Below are positions 43,433 to 50,700 of a stretch of DNA of 64,000 nt, piece by piece; positions within the stretch are counted from its first letter, which is position 1; every line of letters starts with the position of its first letter. Under the pieces are notes generated by a model. The model saw nothing but the letters and a program-made list of their open reading frames with translations. It searched no databases and was not told the DNA's origin. A program made the position numbers and the translations under genes. Source of the stretch: Kiritimatiellia bacterium (GTDB lineage Bacteria; Verrucomicrobiota; Kiritimatiellia; RFP12; JBMNHG01); NCBI GenBank assembly GCA_050950285.1, contig JBMNHG010000008.1:434001-498000 (forward strand), written 5' to 3'.

Positions 43433-44785
43433 ATGAATCCGTATGTCGAAAGCGTGATCTCCTACGTAAAGGAAAAACACGCGGACGAACCCGAGTTCGT
43501 CCAGACCGTCGAGGAAGTCCTCGGCTCCATCAGCCCCGTCGTGGACAGGCATCCCGAGTACCAGAAGGCCGACCTCCTCAAGCGCATGGTCGAGCCCGAA
43601 CGCATGTTCACCTTCCGCGTGGTCTGGACCGACGACGCCGGCCAGACCCACACGAACATCGGCTACCGCTGCCAGTTCAACGGCGCGATCGGCCCCTACA
43701 AGGGCGGCCTCCGCTTCCAGAAGAACGTCTGCCCCAGCATCATCAAGTTCCTCGGCTTCGAGCAGACCTTCAAGAACGCCCTCACCGGCCTCCCCATCGG
43801 CGGCGGCAAGGGCGGTTCCGACTTCGACCCCGCCGGCAGGAGCGAGGCGGAAGTCATGCGCTTCTGCCAGTCCTTCATGACGGCCCTCTACCGCTACATC
43901 GGCCCGGACGTCGACGTCCCCGCCGGCGACATGGGCGTGGGCGGCCGCGAAATCGGCTACCTCTTTGGCCAGTACCGCCGTATCAAGGGCGTCTGGGAGA
44001 ACGGCGTCCTCACCGGCAAGGGCTTCAGCTACGGCGGCTCGCTCATCCGCCCCGAGGCCACCGGCTACGGCGCGGTCTACTACCTCCAGGAGGTCCTCCG
44101 CCACGGGAACGACTCCATCGAAGGCAAGCGCATCGCCATCTCCGGCTACGGAAACGTGGGCTGGGGCATCATGAAGAAGGCCGCACAGCTCGGCGCGAAG
44201 GTCACCTATTTCGCCGGACCCGACGGCTACATCCACGACCCCGACGGCGTCGGCACCGGGGAGAAGCTCGACTTCATCCTCGAAATGCGCGCGAAGGATC
44301 CCCTGCACTGCAAGCCCTACGCGGACAAGTTCGGCTGCGAATTCATCCCCGGCGAAAAGTGCTGGGGCGTCAGGGACGTGGACATCTACATGCCCGCCGC
44401 CACCCAGAACGACGTGGCCATGGAGTCCGCCGAGAAGATCGCCGCCTCGGGCGTGAAGTACTACATCGAGGTCGCCAACATGCCGACCACGAACGACGCC
44501 CTCAACTTCCTGCGCGCCCAGAAGCACATCGTCGTCGCCCCGTCGAAGGCCGTGAACGCCGGCGGCGTGGGCGTCTCCGCCCTCGAGATGGCCCAGAACT
44601 CGGAACGCCTCGTCTGGACCGCCGAGGAAGTCGATGCCCAGCTCAAGAAGATGATGAAGAACATCCACGACAACTCCGCCAAGGCCGCCGCGGAATACGG
44701 TCTCGGCTACGATCTGGTCTCCGGCGCCAACATCGCCGGCTTCATCAAGGTCGCTTCCGCGATGATGGAACAAGGCCTCTTCTAG
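43433..44785 (+). CDS. gdhA: Glutamate dehydrogenase (hexameric type; probably NAD-preferring)
   Basis: GPYKGGLRF, GGGKGGSDFD, DVPAGD, RPEATGYG, GYGNVG, AGPDG, EVANMPTT. Confidence 0.93.
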   Translation: MNPYVESVISYVKEKHADEPEFVQTVEEVLGSISPVVDRHPEYQKADLLKRMVEPERMFTFRVVWTDDAGQTHTNIGYRCQFNGAIGPYKGGLRFQKNVCPSIIKFLGFEQTFKNALTGLPIGGGKGGSDFDPAGRSEAEVMRFCQSFMTALYRYIGPDVDVPAGDMGVGGREIGYLFGQYRRIKGVWENGVLTGKGFSYGGSLIRPEATGYGAVYYLQEVLRHGNDSIEGKRIAISGYGNVGWGIMKKAAQLGAKVTYFAGPDGYIHDPDGVGTGEKLDFILEMRAKDPLHCKPYADKFGCEFIPGEKCWGVRDVDIYMPAATQNDVAMESAEKIAASGVKYYIEVANMPTTNDALNFLRAQKHIVVAPSKAVNAGGVGVSALEMAQNSERLVWTAEEVDAQLKKMMKNIHDNSAKAAAEYGLGYDLVSGANIAGFIKVASAMMEQGLF

Positions 44786-44844
44786 GCCGAAGTTCCAGGG
44801 GAGCCCCCGCCGCCATGCGGGGCGACGCTTCCCCCGGAAATGCC

Positions 44845-44883
44845 AGGCGGCGGAATCCCACACGATTCCGCCGCCTTTCTTTT
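44845..44883 (+). terminator. Rho-independent terminator after gdhA
   Basis: 13-bp stem AGGCGGCGGAATC/GATTCCGCCGCCT followed by a T-rich tail. Confidence 0.8.
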
Positions 44884-44900
44884 CGCATCGACCCGCAATC

Positions 44901-45530
44901 TCACGGGCGCCCATCGTCCGGCTGGAGGGTTCGATACATATACCACGTCCCCACGCTGCGATAGGGCGCCCAGCGACTGGCGATGCGCAGCAAAGCGCCA
45001 TGATCCTCGACGGGCACGTCGTAGACAGAAGCCATGGCCTTCCGCAAGGCGAAATCGTGCAAAGGAAAGACATCCGGCCTGCCCAGGCCAAACAGAAGGA
45101 ACATGTCCGCCGTCCAATTCCCGATGCCCTTCACCTCGGTCAGCTTTTCGCGCACTTCGGAATCGCCCATCTTCGAGAGCGAGGCCAAACGCAGCTTCCG
45201 GCTGTCCATGCGTTGGGCAAGGTCGAGAATGTAGCCATACTTTTGCCCGGACACGCCAACCGAAAGCACGTCTTCTTTCGGTATGTCGAGAAAGCCCTTC
45301 GCGGTAGGCCTGCCTCCTTTGAAAAGCCGCTTCAATCGGGCTGAAATCGTGGCGGCGGCTTTCGTGGAGATTTGCTGGCCGACGATCACGTCCACCAGAA
45401 ACGTGAAATCCGGTTTGCCCGGTTTCAGCGTGCAGGGGCCAACGGCGTCGATCACTTCGGCAAGCCGCTTGTCTGCACGGCGCAACGCGCGGCATGCCGC
45501 GGCCAGACCGTTGTCGTTGGCACCACTCAT
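44901..45530 (-). CDS. AlkA-like DNA-3-methyladenine glycosylase (HhH-GPD, short form), 209 aa
   Basis: IVGQQIS, GVSGQK, HhH LTEVKGIGNWTADM, DVFPLHD, WAPYRS. The ATG overlaps the HNH stop (ATGA); an alternative start is 45557. Confidence 0.88.
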   Translation of the reverse strand: MSGANDNGLAAACRALRRADKRLAEVIDAVGPCTLKPGKPDFTFLVDVIVGQQISTKAAATISARLKRLFKGGRPTAKGFLDIPKEDVLSVGVSGQKYGYILDLAQRMDSRKLRLASLSKMGDSEVREKLTEVKGIGNWTADMFLLFGLGRPDVFPLHDFALRKAMASVYDVPVEDHGALLRIASRWAPYRSVGTWYMYRTLQPDDGRP

Positions 45531-46096
45531 GGCTTCGAGAATTTTGTCTTGAGCCATTCGTAGACGGCCTTCTGTTCGTCTTTGCCTGCACGGCGGACTT
45601 GTGACAACAACCATATCGAACTGGGCTTTTCCGTTGTGATGTTTTTTGCTCCCTGATTGCAGGTCGAGCATAGCGTCCGCAGGTTGGACAGCTCATCTTT
45701 CCCGCCGAGCGACTTATCCTTTATGTGTCCGACATGGAGGCGTACAGGCCTGCCGGTTGCGGGGTCCGTCTCGCCGGGAGTCAGTCCGCACATCTGGCAT
45801 GTGAACCCATTTCTGTCGAGAACTTCGGCCCGGAGTTTTGCAGAAATGGTGCGGGCAAATTGAGGTCTCTCTTTTAGAACAGGTTTCTTCTTCAACATGT
45901 ATTGCCCTGGCTTCAATTCCGAGCTGTCATTGTGCGACAGAATCGGCCACCCCTCTTCGTCCCGCAACTCACGGAGCCGTCGACTGTATTGCGCAGCGCC
46001 GTCGGCTGCGGCTTGGATTTCGTGCGACTCGATCACTCGCCCGATGTTCGCTAACAGGAACCTCCGAATCTTCTCCTTGGATCCAATTTTTTTCAT
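45527..46096 (-). CDS. wHTH-HNH endonuclease, 189 aa
   Basis: N-terminal wHTH-like RRLRELRDEEGWPI; CQMC..LHVGH..GG..SNLRTLCSTCN. Confidence 0.88.
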   Translation of the reverse strand: MKKIGSKEKIRRFLLANIGRVIESHEIQAAADGAAQYSRRLRELRDEEGWPILSHNDSSELKPGQYMLKKKPVLKERPQFARTISAKLRAEVLDRNGFTCQMCGLTPGETDPATGRPVRLHVGHIKDKSLGGKDELSNLRTLCSTCNQGAKNITTEKPSSIWLLSQVRRAGKDEQKAVYEWLKTKFSKP

Positions 46097-46118
46097 CGAT
46101 ACCCCTGCCACACCGTTA

Positions 46119-47126
46119 TCAACAGTACGGAACACTTTGTTCCAAGAGTTCCCATTGAATCGCCCTTCGAGAACCTTGCGCTGGATACTTCCCCTCAAAT
46201 GCGCTTGCGATAGCGAGCCCGACTGCGGATGCAACCGGCGGGGGGAAGGCGTTTCCAACCTGCCTATAGGCCGCAGTCTTCCTCCCGCTGAACTTCCAGA
46301 AGTCGGGGAACCCCTGAATCCGAGCCACCATCCGAACGGTCAGCCGGGGATGTCCTTCCATGGGAAAATCCGAAGCAGGGGGCTCGTTCGCAATTCCCAA
46401 GCCATCCACGCCCAATTCCCGCCATTGTTTCCGGGCTCGCGTAGGTCCCAAATCCGGACCGCCGTGTTTTTTCGATCCTCCGACAACCGTGGGCGCGATG
46501 GCCTGGGCATTGGACACCCAGCGGCCAGCCCCTTTCCATCCTCCGGCCGCCATCAAGTCCTGAAGAGTATCCCCCACGGTGCGTTGCCTGTTGAGCGGCT
46601 CGGGCCAGTTGAAGTACGACATCCTCTTTTCAGGAAGGGCAACGAGGATGAAGCGGGGACGCAATTGCGGGACACCGTAGTCGGCGGCCTGCAAGACTCG
46701 CCAATCCGATTCGTATCCGAGTTCGAGCAACCGCATCCGCAACTTGTCGCGATAGCTTGAGAACTTGGCCGTAGCGAATCCCGGCACATTTTCCAGCATA
46801 ACGGCCTTGGGTTTCATCTCGCCGATGATTCGAATCGCCTCGGGGAACAAGTCGCGCTCGTCGTCGGTGCCAAGCTGTTTGCCGGCAATGGAGAACGGGG
46901 GGCAGGGGACGCCGGCCGCAAACAAATCGACATCGCGCCATCGGCTGCCGTCAACTTGCCGCATGTCTTCGTGGAGTACGTTCCACTGCGGACGATTGAG
47001 GCGCAAGGTCGTACAGCAGTCCGAATCAATTTCGACCGCTGCAACGCAATCAAACCCCGCAGCCTCCAGGCCGAGGGCCTGTCCGCCACCACCGACGCAA
47101 AACTCTGCTACCGTGAATTTTCCCAT
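46119..47126 (-). CDS. DNA (cytosine-5)-methyltransferase, NaeI/NgoMIV (GCCGGC)-like, 335 aa
   Basis: Motif I EFCVGGGG, IV GVPCPPFS, VI ENV, VIII PQLRPR, X QVGNAFPP. The TRD GGSKKHGGPDLGPTR is recalled from M.NgoMIV/M.NaeI. Alternative starts 47141 and 47180. Confidence 0.9.
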   Translation of the reverse strand: MGKFTVAEFCVGGGGQALGLEAAGFDCVAAVEIDSDCCTTLRLNRPQWNVLHEDMRQVDGSRWRDVDLFAAGVPCPPFSIAGKQLGTDDERDLFPEAIRIIGEMKPKAVMLENVPGFATAKFSSYRDKLRMRLLELGYESDWRVLQAADYGVPQLRPRFILVALPEKRMSYFNWPEPLNRQRTVGDTLQDLMAAGGWKGAGRWVSNAQAIAPTVVGGSKKHGGPDLGPTRARKQWRELGVDGLGIANEPPASDFPMEGHPRLTVRMVARIQGFPDFWKFSGRKTAAYRQVGNAFPPPVASAVGLAIASAFEGKYPAQGSRRAIQWELLEQSVPYC

Positions 47127-47362
47127 AGTGCGGATGTCCATGCCCCAACCGGTCCTGATCCCACATTCTTTTCTCTCCATGAACCGGTCCGACCAGAACC
47201 GGGACCGGGATGAACTGTAGCAAGCCCACTTGCATAAGTCCAGCGCAGGAGCTGGCCCGGTCCGTTCAGCGGCGGGCGACAGGGGGCGTCGCGGGCGACA
47301 AGGGATGAGCGTCTGCTCGTCCGCAACCGGGAGCGACGCGATGCGATTTCCCCTTGAACAGC

Positions 47363-47403
47363 AAAACCCCCGGTTTTAGCGGGTTTTCACGTAAAACCGG
47401 GGG
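47363..47403 (-). terminator. Terminator downstream of tRNA-Arg
   Basis: 12-bp stem CCCCCGGTTTTA/TAAAACCGGGGG plus T4 on the minus strand. Confidence 0.7.
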
Positions 47404-47412
47404 GGTCAAAGG

Positions 47413-47488
47413 TGGTGCGCCTGGCGGGGATCGAACCACAACCTTCAGCTCCGGAGGCTAACGCTCTATCCAATTGAGCTACAGGCGC
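47413..47488 (-). tRNA. tRNA-Arg(CCG)
   Basis: Acceptor GCGCCTG/CAGGCGC, anticodon loop CTCCGGA, TTCGA, CCA end. The T-stem appears one G short. Confidence 0.92.
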
Positions 47489-47561
47489 AGCAATGTGGAA
47501 ACTTCTGGCGTTTGACGCCGCGGCTCCCCCAAGCGGGAAGAGCACGTTTCCGAAAAATCCA

Positions 47562-47589
47562 AGTGTACCACACCCTTCCCCGATGTAAA
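47562..47589 (-). promoter_or_regulatory. Putative promoter of tRNA-Arg
   Basis: TTTACA-N16-TACACT with an extended TG. Confidence 0.5.
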
Positions 47590-47708
47590 CACCCAAACTT
47601 GACGCAACGGACCGCACGGCCGATAGAATGACTTTTGCCTTGAGACAGGATGCCGGCCGGTGTTACGGTACCGCCATCCTACCCAGCCCAACGTGCAGGA
47701 GGTCATCC

Positions 47709-50700
47709 ATGTCGATTCCGCGTAGTCTGGCGGCTGCGGCCGCCGCGATTGGCCTTGCTTTGACGGCGTCCGCGCAGGTTCCGGTGTATGTCTCGCCGTC
47801 GGGCAGCGACGCCACGGGCGACGGCTCCGAGTCCGCGCCGTACCGTTCCATCACGAAGGCGCTTGCCGAAAACACGCAGACGGCCCACCTCGAAGTCCAC
47901 GCCGCCGCCGGCCTGTACGATGCGGCGAACGGCGAGACCTTCCCCATTTCCCCCGCCTCTTCACAGTCGATCCTCGGCGTGCGCGGCAGCGACCCCGGCT
48001 CCGCGGCCGGTTCCACGGTGATCGACGCAGGCGGCGCGGCCTATGCGATCCAACTCCCCTACCATGGCGAAGGCGTCACCGCCCGCCTCGCGGGCGTGGC
48101 CATCACGAACGCCCTTTCCGCCATCCGCTGCATCGCATGGCGCGGCGACATCGACGACGTCCTGGTGACCGACGTCGCGCAGGGCGAAACCTACTCGATG
48201 CTGATCTACGGAGACAACGCCGGCCATGCCATCCACGTGAACCGGATGCGCGCCGTCAACATCTCGAACCCCGCCACAGGGAATTCCAACGGCGGCCGCC
48301 ACGCCTTCTTCTTCCTGGCCGGCGGCGGCGAATTGGCCTTCTCCGACTGCGTCTTCTCCAACATCGCCGGCGGTTTCCCGGAGTGGGGCTTCTTCCACGT
48401 GGGCTGGCACGGCGGATCCTCCTGGACCTACACCGTCGAGGGGTCGCTCTTCGAGGACATCTCCTATGCCGGCGGCAACAATGACGAACGCTCGATGATC
48501 CAGTGCTGGGGCGGCGGCTCGAAGATGCTCTTCGACCGGAACATCGTCCGCAATCTCGCCTTCGACAAGTACGTCCTCGCGAACAACCGCTGCGGCCAGA
48601 CCATCATCCGCAACTCGCTTTTCGAGAACATCGCCGTCTCCGGCGGCTTCTCCGTGATCGGCGAGGCCATGGGCGGCGGGCAGGACATCTTCCACTGCAC
48701 CTTCCACAATTGCTCCCCCGTCTTCCGCACCTACAATGGCACCAGCCATATCTACGTCCATGATTCGATCCTCTCGCACGACACCTCGCTCGTGATCAAC
48801 TCCGGCGACGCCTCCTCCCACTCCAAGCTCCGCTTCTTCGACTGCGACATCTGGAACGCCGCAAGCGACACCGGCTACGATGCCGTCGAGAGCTCCGGCA
48901 TCCTCCGCGTCGACCCCCTGTACGCCGATGCCGCGAACCACGACTACCGCCTCCGGGTGACCAGCCCGCTCGTCGACGCCGGCGACAACGCCCGCGCCGC
49001 CTTCGACGCCTGGGCCATGCCCAACGACCTCGATCTGCGCGGGAAGGCCCGCATCGTCGACGGCGACGGCGACGACGTTCCGACGATCGACTTCGGCGCC
49101 ATCGAATTCGCCTATGGCGACAACACGGCCCCCACCTTCCTGACCGGGAAGCCGAGGACCCACATCTTCGAGGGCGACGAAGTGGACTTCCCGGTGTTCG
49201 TTTCTCCGTCCGTCCCGGACTCCGTCACGGCGTCGGTCGCCTACGGCACCAACCTGCTCGGCGGACCCTCCTCCATCGCCATCGCCCCCGGCGCCACGAA
49301 CCAGCTCCGCGTCGTGGCCGGCAGCCTCGGCGAGAGCGTCTCCACCTGGGTGAGCCTCGAAGACACGGCCGATCCCGCCGGCGTGGCGCCCGGCCTCTTC
49401 GCCGTCACCATCCATCCGCGCAAGGTGGACGTCTCCGTCGGCACCACGACCTTCCTTCCCAGCAATGCGGTCCAAGAGGTCGCGATCTCCCTTCCCGGCT
49501 CCTCCCGGGCGCCGGCGGACCTGCCCCTCGCCTGGGCCGTCGAGAGCGGCGCCGCCAACAACGCCGTGGAGTGGACCGGCGACCCCTCGCCCTCGATTCC
49601 GCAGGGCGCAAACGCCGCGAACGGCACGCTCCGGGTGACGGGCTCCAGCGGCGCCACGACCGTCCGCCTCACGGTGGGCGGCGGGTACGTCTTCTCCGCG
49701 AGCGGGATGGATTCCATCGTCCTCGCCTTCCTGGCCCATCCCGGCTACCTGTTCGTTTCGCCCGCAGGCTCCGACATCCATGGCGACGGCTCGCTCGGCA
49801 ACCCCATGCAGACGATGGCGGCCGCGATGGCGGCCCTCGACAACGGCCAGGAGGTGCGCCTCCTCCCCGGCACCTACGACTCCTCCACGCAGACCTTCCC
49901 GATCGCGATGAAGTCCGTGACGGTCTCCGGCTGCGACACCAATGGCATGGTCGAGGGCGCCGCGCCGCTCGTGACCGTCGATGGCGGGGACGCCGTCGCC
50001 CGCCTGTTCGACTGCCGCGCCCTCGCCGGCGGCGCAACCTTCCGCGAACTCACGCTGGCGCGCGCGACGGCCAGCGCAATCTACGCGGAACACACGGTCG
50101 TCAACGCGACGAACTGCGTCTTCACCGCGAACCATGGCCCGTACACGACCGGCAACGACGAAGGCAACGCCGCATGCATCGCGCTGGTCAACAATTCGTC
50201 CGCGCGCATCCACGGCTGCACCTTCGACGGCAACCGCGGCCGCGGCACGGTCGGCGGCGAACGCCGCGAAGCCTACAACGACATGACCATCGTCGCGAGC
50301 AACTGCGTCTGGCGCGCCAACGACAGCCGCATCGGCGCCGTCTACCTCCGCCACCACGTCGCGGGGTGCTGGATGGACCTCTCCGACTGCGTCTTCTCGA
50401 ACAACACCGCGAACACGGGCTATGTGGACGGCGGCCATGGCTCCTCCGTCGGCTATACCACGTCCGCGAACGGCAACTTCATCTACCAGACCTACCGCCG
50501 CTGCGCGTTCTACGACAACTCGGGCGCATCGCTCTTCGGCACCGGCTACACCGGCCTCACGATCGCGGATTCGCTCTTCGCGGGCAATACGCCATCCGCC
50601 GCGATGGCCGGCGGCGTAACCTACACGCTTTCCTCCGCGAACAACACCTTCGTCCACAACTCCGGCGCGATGACCTGCTTCGGCCCGAACAGCGGCTCCA

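Noticed and set aside
44786..47412. Integrative element or prophage at tRNA-Arg
   Set aside because: No integrase and no duplicated tRNA 3' end (att site) seen near 44800-44900; at most an island remnant.
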